From: Welwitschia mirabilis
Lineage: Eukaryota
NCBI GenBank assembly: GCA_051453625.1
Contig: JBOZIK010000001.1
Coordinates: 9,094,070 to 9,158,069, forward strand
DNA length: 64,000 nt
Reading direction: 5' to 3'
Below are positions 11,555 through 25,500 of this stretch, in pieces (position 1 is the stretch's first letter; each line of letters starts with the position of its first letter). The position numbers and the translations under genes are program-made. The notes under the pieces were generated by a model that was given only the letters and a program-made list of their open reading frames with translations, was not told the DNA's origin and made no database searches.

Positions 11555-14500
11555 TGTTAACAAATAATAATAAAGCAGAAAATGCAAAGAGAAATGAAAA
11601 ATAAAATTTACATGATATAACCTCAAATGTCGAAGGAAACATCCATAGAAAAGGAGTGTAAAGCTTTCATTAGGAAAAACAAGCTTATAAACAAGAAAAC
11701 ATGGCTTCAATCCTTATCTATTAACCTCTCTAATATGAGTCACTTGTTAACACAAATGTCGTTAAAATAGATTAATATCTTAACACAACTTCACAAAGAG
11801 ATTAAACAGGTGTAGGGTTAAATCTTCTAGAACACTCTAGACCTATTTCCTTTAATTACAAGTATCTAGCGATTCTTAGATAATCTTTAAAAGATTATGC
11901 ACAACTCCAAGGTGAATTTATTTGGAAAACTACCTTTTAAAATAATATTTTTTTAAACTAAAGTTGTTAACTACAAATCATCAAATTAAAAAGGGAATAA
12001 TTTTAACTTCACAATATAAAAATCTCCCACTTAAAGATAAATATCTAATCTATAAAATAAGCTCTAGCTTTTATTCCCAAGAGATGCACTGCTTTTCAAG
12101 GTTACCTAGGTTATGTTTTTTTAAGCTCAATGTCAAATAAGGAATCATGCTTTGATCCATCTCCTACATTAGTCAAGAAATCATCCAAGTTGTATTTTGT
12201 CCTTACATGATATGTAGCATTTTTAGCATGTTATGCAACATATTTAGCTCTAGGAAGTCAAACCATTCAAGCATGTATCTTAGCCAAGTCATCTCCTTTG
12301 TTTTCTCTACCGAAGTAATATATTCAGTCTTTTTGGTAGATAGAGCCAACAGACTCTACAAATATGACATTCATCCAACAATCCCACCATCAATTGTGAA
12401 AACAAAAGCTGTGTAGCAAGTTTTAGAGGTTAGCCTCTAAATTCACATATTTAGAGTAAATTCCAACAAGCTCTTCTAAGATTATCGACATATCTAGAGT
12501 AAATTCCTAGTACATAATCAATATCTGATCTAACACATATCATCACATACATCAAACTTTCATTAGCTAATGTATAAGGTACCACTCTCATATTTCATTT
12601 CCCCTTAGTAGATCTAGGATAATTCTTTTTTGAAGATCTGAAATGACCTAGAAAAAGTATATAAACAAGATCACAATTGGACATATTAAATATTTCTAAT
12701 ACCTTCTAATGTAATCATTTTAATTTAGACATATTTACTTGTTCTTTTTATCTCTTTCAATCCATGTTATAGGAATTTTCTTGAGCTTTCTAAGATCCCT
12801 TATAGGAAATTCCTTCATTACTTTAGCCTTTAACCTATTAATCTCACATAAATAATTTCTTGTAATATGCATATCATCAATGAGAAATACAATGATGATT
12901 AAACCTAGAAGAGGTCTATGCAAATAAACACAATGATCAACTGAGAATATCTAATACTTTTGTTGCATCATTGTTAAGGAGCTTGCTTTAGACCATAAAA
13001 ACTTCTCCTCAATTTACACATAAGGTTTTGATTACTTCTAAAATCTTTAGGCTAAAACATATGGATCTACTATTCTAAATAATCATTTGAAAAGGTGATT
13101 TAATGTCTAATTGTTATAGCTCGATCCACATAAGTAATCACTCTCAAAATAAATCAAATAAAAGTATGCCTAACATTAANNNNNNNNNNNNNNNNNNNNN
13201 NNNNNNNNNNNNNNNNNNNNNNNNNNNNNNNNNNNNNNNNNNNNNNNNNNNNNNNNNNNNNNNNNNNNNNNNNNNNNNNNNNNNNNNNNNNNNNNNNNNN
13301 NNNNNNNNNNNNNNNNNNNNNNNNNNNNNNNNNNNNNNNNNNNNNNNNNNNNNNNNNNNNNNNNNNNNNNNNNNNNNNNNNNNNNNNNNNNNNNNNNNNN
13401 NNNNNNNNNNNNNNNNNNNNNNNNNNNNNNNNNNNNNNNNNNNNNNNNNNNNNNNNNNNNNNNNNNNNNNNNNNNNNNNNNNNNNNNNNNNNNNNNNNNN
13501 NNNNNNNNNNNNNNNNNNNNNNNNNNNNNNNNNNNNNNNNNNNNNNNNNNNNNNNNNNNNNNNNNNNNNNNNNNNNNNNNNNNNNNNNNNNNNNNNNNNN
13601 NNNNNNNNNNNNNNNNNNNNNNNNNNNNNNNNNNNNNNNNNNNNNNNNNNNNNNNNNNNNNNNNNNNNNNNNNNNNNNNNNNNNNNNNNNNNNNNNNNNN
13701 NNNNNNNNNNNNNNNNNNNNNNNNNNNNNNNNNNNNNNNNNNNNNNNNNNNNNNNNNNNNNNNNNNNNNNNNNNNNNNNNNNNNNNNNNNNNNNNNNNNN
13801 NNNTTCTGAAGATATCCCTTTAAGGAGACCATTATCCAAGTCTAATTCTATAATAGAAACTCTGCTTCTTTATCATTTAGCAAGCTAATGTGTTTCTCAT
13901 AAGACTAAGGTTCTCCTATATGAGTATATAAAATATCATGCAAAGAAGGTAAATATTTTTATGAGGGTCTATTTTTCCTTATCAAGTTCCTAGACCAATA
14001 AGGAGGAATTTGTACTACTTCTTCCTCCTCGTCATGTTCAACTTTAATTTTACTAGGCATTTTCTCATCATTTTCCTATTTTGTTTCTTCTTCAGAAGGA
14101 TGTTCTCTCTCCTCTTCATGATTTAGAATTTTTAAAAATTTACTCAATGTGTCAATATTAGAATCTCCCTTCTTCGTCGTCCTTTCCAGCGGTTTATCTA
14201 ACATAATGTACTTAGTAAAAACTACATCTTATGATATAATCACTTTCTACTCCATAAGATCCTATAGTCTGTAGCCATGATAACCTCCAACATATCTAAA
14301 AAATATACATTTTCGTACACACTCTAATAATATGGAAGTATTCTGCACATAAGTATAAGCATTACATCCAATAGCCCTAAGGTGCACATAATAAATAAAG
14401 CTTCCACTCAAATAAGACTTTAGTATTCCACCATCCAGACTACCATGCAAAAACCTATTCAACAGGTAAATAACAGTGTGTCAATATTAATCCAAAAGTT

Positions 14501-16950
14501 TTTAGGTAAGTCTAATTATATTAATAATGTTTATACCCTTTCTAGGATATTTCTATTTTTCCTTTTAGCAACTCCATTTTGTTGTGGTATTCCATGCATC
14601 TTCTTATGCTTGATTCCTTACAAAGATTTTTAAACGCATGGGATCTATATTCATCCTTGTTATTAGTTAGCAATTCTCTCATCTTATAGTGAGACTCATT
14701 TTCAACTCTATCTTTAAAAGTATTTAAAATGCTAGGTGCATTAGCTTTAGATTTCAAATAATAAAAGTAAATTTTCCTAAAATAATCATCCAAGAAAGTT
14801 TTAAAAAAAATATTTAGCACCTCCCAAAAACATTTTTCACATAACAACTAATTCAAAATGTATAAGCCAAAGTTTGTTATTTTAAAAATGAATACCATTC
14901 ATTCTAAAGTTGACTCTCTTAGACTTTCTAACATCATAATCAAAACACAAATCTAGAGAAATAACAAACTTGGAAATAAAACCTTTTAAAGTAAGTAATA
15001 TAGCCCTTTATCACATAAGTACTTAATTCATCTATACCAAATAATAGCTAAATCCTCCTTGAAAGTAAAAGCATTTTCATATAAGAATTATCATGAAAGA
15101 TGTACATAGTCCTCTCCATATCTCTTCCATTTCTCTATAAGCCACTTTCATCACTCTCTTAGTAATTTTCCAATCTCACTATGTAGTCATCGGTATCTAA
15201 TTATCTCACTAAAATTAGATTCTTGGCAACAATATGGCCAAGCTCAAGATTCTTTAATGTTTAGATTTTGACCATTCTGTATCTTTAAAAACATGGTAGT
15301 GATGGATTTAATTACATATTTTTTTATCATGTCTTAAGTACACATACTACTTTGTAATGGGATCATAACAAAAGGACATTTTTCTTATTTAATCAAAGAT
15401 GAGACAACCCACATAAGTTTGAAATTAATATATCTAGAATTGAATACCTAAATACATTGATATTTCCATCCTACATCAGGAATAGCATCATTAGCATTCC
15501 CATACGTATGTTGTCCTAAGATATAGACGTCCTCCTTATCATTGCCTTTTTATTCTTACTTCTCTTAAAGTTGCCAACAATCCTTTCAAGTGTATCCTTT
15601 CTTCTTATAATAAAAGCAGACTACGTCTCATCCATGAGACCTATCTCTACTCTTATTTCTTTTGTGTTCTTCTTTTCTATATGAAAATCCTCGTTTTATT
15701 ATAAGGGCCTTTTTGTATGGTTCTTCACTATTTGAACATATAACATTTTTATGTTATACATCTATGTCAGGTAGAAGGTTATTCTTACTAACAAAAGTAA
15801 GGATCAGGTACCACATTTTCTCAACTATTGAATAAAGAAATTAGAATAGCATTAATGGTAATTTCTTTAAAAATTAAATATCTAGATTACCTATCTAAGA
15901 GAAATATTATACATCTTATTCAAATGATCTAATAACTATGTACCTTCTTTCATCTTTGTGGTAAATACTTGACCAAGTACTACAAACTTGCTAATCATAG
16001 ATGGTTGATCATATATATCCTTTAATTTTAGTTATAATTCCTATGCGAATTCAAGATTTTATTGCTAACACAAGGCCAAATGAAAGAACAACTTATTCAT
16101 ATAGCTTATTTTATTTGTTGTTGGGTATAAAATCTTTGTAGCCATTGCTATCTACCCCTAAGTCTACCTTTATCCTATCCTTCTTCTTCATGACTATTTT
16201 GCATCCTCTCCACTACAAATATCCTCCATCATTATTTTTCACATCCCCTTGTTTTAAAGAAATGATTTATTAACTACAAATACTCTAACTTAATGACCTA
16301 ATCTTCTATGAATTGTAATTATATAGATGTGCTATAATTGTGTGGATGTCAAAAGCGTTTTATGGATGACAAAAAAATTATCTATTGATTGCAAACACTT
16401 TACTTCACTCATAAATTTTGGGATATAAGATTAGTCATTAATCATGCAAGCTCTAAAATAGAACTAAATCTTAAATTCATGAGAACTAAATCTATGATAT
16501 TAAAAAATGACAATAAAAAGAAAACTGTAGAAAAAAATACATAGATACATTTTCGTGGTAGAGCCCTCAAACATCTACAAGAAAGTAGTGAAGAGATCTT
16601 AGAAGGAAAACACTTTGTTAAAAAAAAAAAAAAAAATCCAAAATTGGCTTCAAGATTTAGCTCTCAACCTCTTTGATAGGAATTACTCATCAAGTTAAAT
16701 GTTGCTAAAACAACTCAATATCCTAATACAACTTCATAAAGAGTTTAAAGAGATGTAGGGTGGATGCTAAACCTATTTTCATTAATTAAAAGTATTAGTT
16801 AATCCCCACATTATCTTTAAAGGACTATTCTCTATCCTAAGATATATTTATTAAAAATCTAAACTTCTATAATAATTTTTAAAAAATAAAAAGATGAATA
16901 ACAAAACATAATATTACAAAGGCTCTAAATTTAACTTTATAATATAAAAA
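11555..16950 (-). mobile_element. Ancient Ty1/Copia retrotransposon (gag-PR-INT-RT-RH remnants)
   Basis: Diverged LTRs about 11555-12020 and 16505-16950; PPT AAGTGGGAGATT (12021-12032, minus); decayed PBS near 16491-16502; zinc-knuckle remnant VCFYYKKKGYT*KDCW (about 15570-15625); integrase DDYFRKIYFYYLKSK..VENES..TNNKDEY (14542-14847); RNase H ALSTKKTEY, KNATYHVRTKY. Confidence 0.85.
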
Positions 16951-17684
16951 AATATCCCTACTTAAACATTTACATTCTACCTTTTGCTAACTAACTTTAC
17001 AAGTTTACTGTAAAGAAATTATATTGAGAAGCATGTTATGTAAATGAACATTGTAGCTTTACTATGTTATTTGGGATTGTCTCCACATGGAAATCACAAC
17101 TTAGATAAATAATATCCTTATCATAAATTAATTAGAAACTTAATGCATATTACTAGTGTTCAATCTAAGATTTTTTATGTACTTGGAATGCTTGTTATAC
17201 ATGTTGATAGGGGTAGAAGTAGTGAGATAGACTAACTATGACCTATCTTATCATATCATTGAAAGCTTCAAATATAAACCTTAGATACTATAAGATAAGA
17301 TTGGGATATTATCTTTCTCTAAATATTTTCCCAACTATCAAATAATAACTAAACAATATCGTTGTGACAAGTAAAAGTTGGAAAGAAAGAAACAATAATC
17401 AATAGTCAAACCTACAAGAAGAAAATTAGATAATCATTATTCTATAACTGTGATAGTCTATCATCCTATTGATCATAAGTTATCTATAATTATGGTTTGA
17501 ATGAATCCACTAATGGATCTGTTAGAGGATCATGTCACATAATGAAGGAATCACTAAACTATGAGAACAGAATCATGCATTGAGCTAAATGGTAAGCCTG
17601 TAGTATTGATAACTTTCTAATCAATAAGATTGGAAATGGAATTGGAATAGAAACAAAAAAGTAACAATTGGTTCTACTAGTGCT

Positions 17685-17960
17685 ATAGCATAATTTTCAT
17701 CCATATGCAGTAGAATCAAACTAAATTACTCAAAGAACTCAACAAAACAAGAAGCAATCAATGATATGAAGAACCTGGCTTCTGTGACTTGAGCAACATA
17801 ATAGAAAGGAAACCTTAAAGGAATATCCTATCATGAAACTAACCAAGATCACCTATCTATTACATTCAGAATGATGATTACAAGTAAAGTGTACTATAAG
17901 GGCTTAGATTTAAGCCTTTTTGCATCTAATTCGCATTTCTTCCACTGACCCCAGATCCCT
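17685..17960 (-). pseudogene. LINE RNase H-like fragment, copy 1
   Basis: Diverged direct repeat of 19017-19311; minus strand HMDENYAIA resembles the HxxREANxxAD motif. Confidence 0.5.
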
Positions 17961-19016
17961 TTCTATTTCTTGTTAGATTTATTGTTGAATCTTTTCTACT
18001 ACATATGGGAATCCCTCTAGAGGATGCAGAAAAACTAAATGTTAATGGCTGTTTTGGGTTGTTATGTGAATTTCGTCTATTACTCCTTCTGCTAGGGTAG
18101 CATTACTCCCTAACTTCATCCTTAACCTAGCTATACGTAAGTTGGTAATATAGATGTTTATGGTTTTGCAGTTGGTTCTTCTAAGTTAAATAGAATGCTA
18201 AGTACTTCTTGCAAAACTTGTGGGTTTGTAATGAGGTCAAGGTTCTCCTTATTCAATTATTCAACTACACTTAATGGGTTGTACTCAAAAAGGTGTTGTG
18301 AAGTTTTTTCTCTCTTGAAGACTCTTAGTTTGTAATGAAGTATTTGGAGTGGTAGATCTTGTTGTTTCACCTAAACGTAGTGGAGTATACTTGTTCCATT
18401 TCAGGTTGGTGGTGGTATGTTGCAAGCACTTGGATGATAGGCTCCCAACCTACATAGGTTATTGATTAGTATGCATTTACTTAGCTATTTCAGATAAAGG
18501 TTTTGTTTTCATAAAATTTTCAACATGCTTCCAATTATACCAATAAATTGAAAAGAAAAGAACTTTGAAATTTTCTAAATATTTGAAAAAAAATTCAAAT
18601 AAATAAATCATTTTGAAATTGAAATGTTATAAAATTTTCTAGGAAAGAATATTTTTTTTTATAGAAATGAATAGAAGGATCAAGGTACTTACCTGGACCT
18701 ACCCTTCAATGAAGGGCTTTAATCCAATGTCCCTTTGTCTTCCTTCCAATCATTTGACATGTGTCTAGTGATGCTTAAATAAGAAAATCAAAAGAAGTCT
18801 AATAACATCTATAATATAATTTATAGCTTATGAAAATAGAAATGAAAAATGCAAGAATTGAAAATTTGAATAAATTTAAATGCTACTGCACTTTGGAATA
18901 GGAAACTAGAAAAACAAAAAATAAGAATGAAAAATATAGGAATAAAAAATTCAATAATTGAAATTTATACTTTTTCTTTTCTATTATATCATTGATCAAT
19001 GGTACTGTAAAAGAAC

Positions 19017-19311
19017 GATAGCATAATTTGCATCCCTATGCAGTAAAAGCAAACCATATACTTAATAACTCAATAAAATGAAAATACATCAATAATATAA
19101 AAGAACTTGGATTTTGTGACTTAAGCAACATAATATCAAGGAAACATCAAAGGGGTCTCCTGTCATGGAACCAAACCGAGATTGCCTAGGAGACTGAGAA
19201 CTAAATCTTTATTGCATTCATAATAACAATTACAATCAAATTGTACTATAATTTTTTGGATTTAAGCTTGTTTGCATCTAATTCCTATTTCTTTCACTAA
19301 TCCCAACTCCA
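19017..19311 (-). pseudogene. LINE RNase H-like fragment, copy 2
   Basis: Minus strand ELGLVKEIGIRCKQA*IQKIIVQFDC...HRDANYAI matches the plant LINE RNase H pattern AEL..I..G...A...G..KIIVExD...HxxREAN. Confidence 0.55.
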
Positions 19312-19319
19312 TTTTTCAA

Positions 19320-19927
19320 TGTAATAAGGGGTACTTGTAATGTTTTACAAGTATAGTTTAGGCAAGATAATAAAGGATTCCATGTATGGGAGATAGAACT
19401 TCAAGTACAAAGTTAGATCCTAGTCTTTACATTAATTTTGGTATGAATTCTTGATTTTTTATACAATTTGGTCTTGTTGCATATTTGTTGCTCAAGTGAT
19501 AGTTATGAAATAGCTGTTTTGCTTCTTATCGCATGGTTGCGACTTCCTATTGTAATAGTTTTCGTCATGTGATATGCATATTGTCTTACTCAAAATAATT
19601 GTCTTATGCATCCCATCGCTAAAAGATAGTAAAGTTCTTTTGATCCTTATTGATTGACAATAGGCCATGAATGCATGTCTATTACCTGGTGATAAATTTA
19701 TCATGGAGTTGTCGTTAGGCAATATATTTGGATCTCAATTCTCTTAGGCATCTATTTATTCCTGTGTGCTTATAATCTAAACACATGATCCTTGGTTTGT
19801 CACCTAGCAATAGAGATCGATACTAATCTTTTTCACATCCAACTAGGTTTGTTCCTCCTTATGTCATGCTTCAATAACCTTTATTCCTAATTTGTTCACT
19901 CTGCAATACCTGCACATGTTCATTACA
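19320..19927. mobile_element. Putative solo LTR
   Basis: Perfect 6-bp terminal inverted repeat TGTAAT...ATTACA; no TSD match. Confidence 0.35.
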
Positions 19928-21099
19928 ATGATGAGATTTGGTCGCAAGTTTATTATGCAACGATGGACTTATGGATAAGAAAAATAACCTTATTTCTAAT
20001 ATATTTTATTATTTTAGTGCATAAAATAGTTACATCACAAATTAAATAATTTTAATTCCTTTTACAGTGAATTTCAGGGTGAATTATAGTGAAATATACA
20101 AAAAATGTATTTTTAAGTTTCATTACATGTACATGGTCAAATCTCAAAAAGGTCATTATGATGAGGTGGTTAAAGCTTTAAAGTAACTAAAATAAGTAAA
20201 AGATCTTAAAATTTTATTTGAGCAGGATGAGAAGTCAAAGATAATAACTCTCTTATATTTAAATTTCAATGATATTAAGATATCAAGAAGTTTATTAGAA
20301 GTTATATTATTGGGATCATTGTATATTTCTTAGATATGTAAATAATAAAATATGATAATAGATATATTAATTAAATCATCATGTATGATAACATTAGAAA
20401 GAAGGAAGTAGGTGATATGAATAAGAAATATGTTAAATATTCTAGACTCTCCATAGAAAAGGAACATTAAGCTATATGTGGGTAATCAATTTACAATTCA
20501 CATGATAAGGAATTCAATGTTTTATAACATAATTAAGTGCATTGCAACAAAAGTTTAAACGTTATGAGGACTTACTCAACACAGGGTGATAGATGTTTGA
20601 CATGCTTTATGAAAAGATAAAGTTGATAACATTGGATGAAGTCATTAATAAAATGAAATTCAAATATTTTATAAATCTCTTTGAAGTAAATAGCATTATG
20701 TCTTCTTAACCCAAGAAGAAGAACTTTATTTGATGATTGACCATTTGGAATTTAATGTCTTTTGAGCTCTATTAGTTTAGATTGAGATTTTTCTTTGAGC
20801 ACTTCATCTTGCTTGAAATTGTATGCTTTTCAAATTTTATTATTAGTGTGTTAGTTATATGTTTTTTTTTTCTATTGTAAGCATGATCTTTTAAACTTAG
20901 TGAAAAAATTAAATTTTCATGCCTTTTAACTTTACTTAGTATGGCCATAATCATGGTGCTAAAAGTAAAATTTCATCTATTAGTTAAAATTAATTAAAAT
21001 GACTAAAAAGAATTAACAATAAGGGTAAAATAATTAACATTAGAAATATTCATTAGAACATTTGAAAGCTTTCCATATGTTTTATAAGAATCCTTGTAG

Positions 21100-22595
21100 A
21101 TGGTCAAAGCATGAGGTAAGTGGCATATAGTTTAGGGTTTGAGGAGTGGATGAAGCTATGCCATGAGCATGATGCATCTTTTTATGCGAATGTATCAAAG
21201 TTTATAGTGGTGGGATTATCCCAACAAGCAGGTGTAATTGCATTGCATAAAGAGCACTAGGAGGAAGAAACTCTCATTTTTTAGGAATGGGAATAATACC
21301 AAGTGGAGCATTTATGGTAGTTGTTTTACCAAAGCACAAGGTTTCATAACCTCTCAAACCATGAAGTTCTATCAAGAGGGTGATAAGTTCAAGATTATGA
21401 TGGCACCAGAGCCCTACATCAACATAGAGAAAAAGTTGAAACATAGTCTTATTGGTAGAATTATTTTGTTAGGTACTCGACCGAGTATGAATGCCATAAG
21501 AAAGAAGGTGGTGCTTAGGTAGATAAGCATTTAGGAGGTTTAAACTATTACCTTGGCAAAGCTTAATGCTATTTAAGTTCATTTTAGAGGAAGACCTTAA
21601 CAATCTGATGATTAGAGATCCATGATTTTTGGTGTCCATGGCCTATCCCTTATACATTAGAAGCTTGAAGAAGATGTCATGAAGATTTTTTAGAAACTAC
21701 CTGTCTATGTGCACTTACAAGGTATTAGCTTTTCCATTTGGAATCATGCTTTCATCAAGGATCTAGTGGTGAAGTTTAGAAAGGTAATGAAGCTTGATCA
21801 AATTACCCTCAGTCTGATGCACATGGTTCTCATTAGATTTTGTGTCTAGATCCACATAAAGCTCATGAGAAAGTTCAAGAAATTTTGAGATACTACACAA
21901 ATATGAATCTAAATTCATTAAAGTAAAATATGGTAATCTTCCCACCACCTCTAACATCTACTTAGGATTCAAAAATTTAATGAATTTTTTACTTTAAACT
22001 TATAAATTACATCTATGATAGATGCAAGAGAAAATAATACCAAAAGAATCTATATTCTAAAAGCCTATGATAGGTGTAAAAAGTTTGAGCATAGAGGTGA
22101 AAACTACATATTCAAGAAAAATAGGGAAGAGGATTTTAGGTAGTCTAGTGAAAAAGGAAATTCCAACCATAGTTAAGCCATAAAATAGAATGAACGAAAA
22201 GGGTTTGAAGAAGAAAAGGATGAAAAGGCCTAGAAACATTCCCTTGCTTAAGTAGTCAGAGTTTCAAGGAAAAGCACAAGCAAGGACAAACCAACTAATA
22301 AAGCAAAGTAATAGGTTTAAGACATGAAATAGTAGCAACTCAAATTAGCTTAAATAAGATTTAAAAAAGGAATCTCCCATAAAAAAGAAGAACATAAAAG
22401 GGAAGATAACAAATCAGGATAGGAAGTAGTGCTTTGAATCAAGATACTCGCTAAAGGTGTTAAAGTTAGGAAAGAGGCAGTGAAAAATATAGTCAATGAA
22501 TCCCAATTAATCCTACTAGACATTTTCAAGGCTAATAAAAAATGTTTTAAATGAAGATCATGAGTTAAAATATTTGGGATTCCAAGGTAACCCCT
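21100..22595 (+). mobile_element. Host L1 LINE segment 1: 5' end and ORF1 (DUF4283-type)
   Basis: EKKLKHSLIGR, P*FFGVHGLSLIH, KLPVYVHLQGISFSIWN, KVMKLD, VLIRFCV; homologous to ORF1 of the minus-strand LINE at 57350-57950. Confidence 0.8.
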
Positions 22596-25500
22596 TATTA
22601 CAACTCCTAATTATTAATTAATGATAAAATAAATTTTAAATAAAGTGAATCTAATATTTATATTATTTGCATAAGCCTTGAATAATATTTAGATGCTTGG
22701 ACACATAAAGAAGAATAATAAAAGAAGGTAAAATAACTTGGACATTTGACTATTTATTGCTTTGAGGTCGACTACTTATTATAGTTATAAGTATAGATTT
22801 TTAGTAAGAGGTTGAACACCTAATGTTAATGGGTTAACTATCCACTATAGCTAAAAATAAAATTTTCAATAAAAGTAACTGTCTATTATTAGCACAGCAA
22901 CCACCTAAATATTTTTACAATACTTCATCTTCATGATGGGATCGACTAATCAATAATAGGATTGACTAGATAAGGAGTTGATCGACATTGAGGAAGAGGT
23001 TGACTACCTCACATAGGATTGTAAGTAAAAACAACTATTGAAAAGCCCACTTAACCATTAGACAAGAGCATTGAAATGCTACCTAACTATTTTAGAGGTT
23101 TCAATAGTTACATATCTTGGAATCATGACTCATAACAAGTAAAATTCATCTTCTATATAATTCATATATGATTGTACTTATTTATAAGGATTGAATCTCT
23201 CACACTTAGGCCTCATTGTATAACAACACATATTCTATGTTCTTTCTATTACTCTCTCTTTCGATTCTACATCATCTCTTATTATAACTAAATCTATTTA
23301 AGCTTGTTTAAAGGTTGAGGACTATCATAAAATCTCATTATAAGTGAAGAACTACTATAGAGTCCCATTAGAGTGTAGTTGGAGGCTACACTAGTAATAA
23401 AGGAAAAATAACACTAGTTATTATTTAAAAAAATGCTAGATTACATTGTGAAAACATAGTGTTAAATAATCAAATTGCAAAAACTACCTTAGCTATTCTA
23501 TTTACACTTTCCCTCAAGGATAACTGGTTTTAACAATTGGTATTAGATCTGTTGTATAGATCTTTTTACTATTATTTAATTATTTAACAAGTTTTCAAAG
23601 ATGGAAAGCCAATCAATCAAATGTCTTTCATAATTTGATGAAGATAACTATGAGATAGTGAAGGCTAGAATTTAAGTTTTCATTGAAGCTATAAGCTTTT
23701 ATTATTGGACCATAGTGGAGGAAGGATTCACTTCACTAATGATAATAAAAGAGATAAAAGGATAGTGGTTCAATAAACAAACCAATGGGAAAATGAAGAG
23801 AAAACTAGTGTCATGCTCAACAAAAAAGCCATGAATTCGAAATGTTGTGGACTAAACGCAAAGTACTATGAAAAGGTAAGCAACTTTACTACAGATAAAC
23901 AAATTTGGGATTATTTGTAGGTTACATATGAAGGCACTATTCAAATAAAATCCAAGGAAGTAAATAAGAAGTGTAATAATAACATGGCAACTTGAGATAG
24001 TAATAGAGATTCAAATCAAATTAAGATTTGCCCTTATAAAAAGTTATTTTTAATGGATTTTATTTCTATTCATTCTGCATCTATGTCTTTCTTAAAAGAT
24101 GACTTTAATCTATTTAATCCTTATTAGCATAAAATAGAAAATACTCTAGATCTCTTAAGTGTGAGTTATAAGAATGAAGAAACAAGTGAAGATGATAAGG
24201 AAGACTATTTTTCTAATTATAATAAAAGACATTAAGACAAGAATCTTAATACACTAATAGAAGAAGAAGGAGATGACAACTTACTTGAACAGGCCTATGA
24301 GGAATTATATCAAGAAATCAAAAAGATCTTAAAAGAAAATTTACTTCTTAAGAGACTTATTAAGGATATATAAGAGGGGAAAAAATCTACCTTGAGTTAG
24401 ATTAATTAGTATAACAGAAGTTAGCTCATAGGACTTCATGCTTTGAAAAATATGCTAATCACCTCTAAGAGCTCATCAAAGAAAATGAATAGAAATCTAA
24501 ATGTCTATTAAATAAAATTAGTAAATTATCTAATATTATTTTAAAGTTTTCTACTAAAAAAAAAAAAGCATTATGAAGAAGACGCTCTTAAAACGAGAAT
24601 CACCTTTGGACAAAAGTGGTATTTCATATTTACCTTCATTTACCTTGGTATCTGATTTATCCAACAAGCTAGCTTCATTCCCCAAGGGTAATAACTCTTA
24701 TTTAAAAAAAAAAAACATTAAAACAAGGTGATGTGTCACCTTGATTTTGTTAGTTTCAATATGGTAAAAAGAATAGAAAACATTTTATAATTCATTTTTA
24801 TAATAGATTTGGTTTTGGCAGATTATGTAATAGATATAGAAGCTACCTTATAAATTTTGATACTATGAAAGGATTTCATTTTATTCCTAAAAAAACACAT
24901 TTTAAATATAGATGAATTAGTGGTAGAGACCATGTCCCTTAGTGACATTTTCTTAAATATGTAATTTATTATTTTTATGCATTTATGTTTGAATAATTAT
25001 ACCTTTAGCTTAGTTCTAAAAGCTTCCTTTACAATGTTTTTCTAAATCGAATTTTTTTAAAAGTGGTAGTATAAGCCAAACAAAGAGAGATGTTGGATGT
25101 AAACTTAGATGATGTTTCAATTTTTTTTTAACTTGCACTTTGGTTGATGTTCTAAAATTTTTACATTGGTAGTATATATAATGTTAAACATTTTTATCAT
25201 AATCTCTCTTTTCTTGTTTATAATGTCTATGAGTGTGCTCTTTTTACTCTTTCACACTATCTTCATAGCTAATAGCATGTAACAAAGGTAAATTTTTGAA
25301 CTCACCTAAGTACTTTTATTTGCACAATTTACATCTTGTATTGGAAATCACATTGTGATTAATTAAATATTATCAGTAGTGCCTTTTCTCTTAAATCTTA
25401 TTGTAAACCTTATTCCCTAGCATTAAACCTTACAAATTTTAGACATCTCCAAATGTGATTTTCTAGGACATCTATTATTTATATTACCTTTTTATAAAAT

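Noticed and set aside
17971-18454. TG...CA LTR-like block
   Set aside because: No TSD, PBS, PPT or second copy in the window to support it.
19930-20780. Possible decayed transposase-like coding remnants
   Set aside because: No motif could be assigned with confidence.
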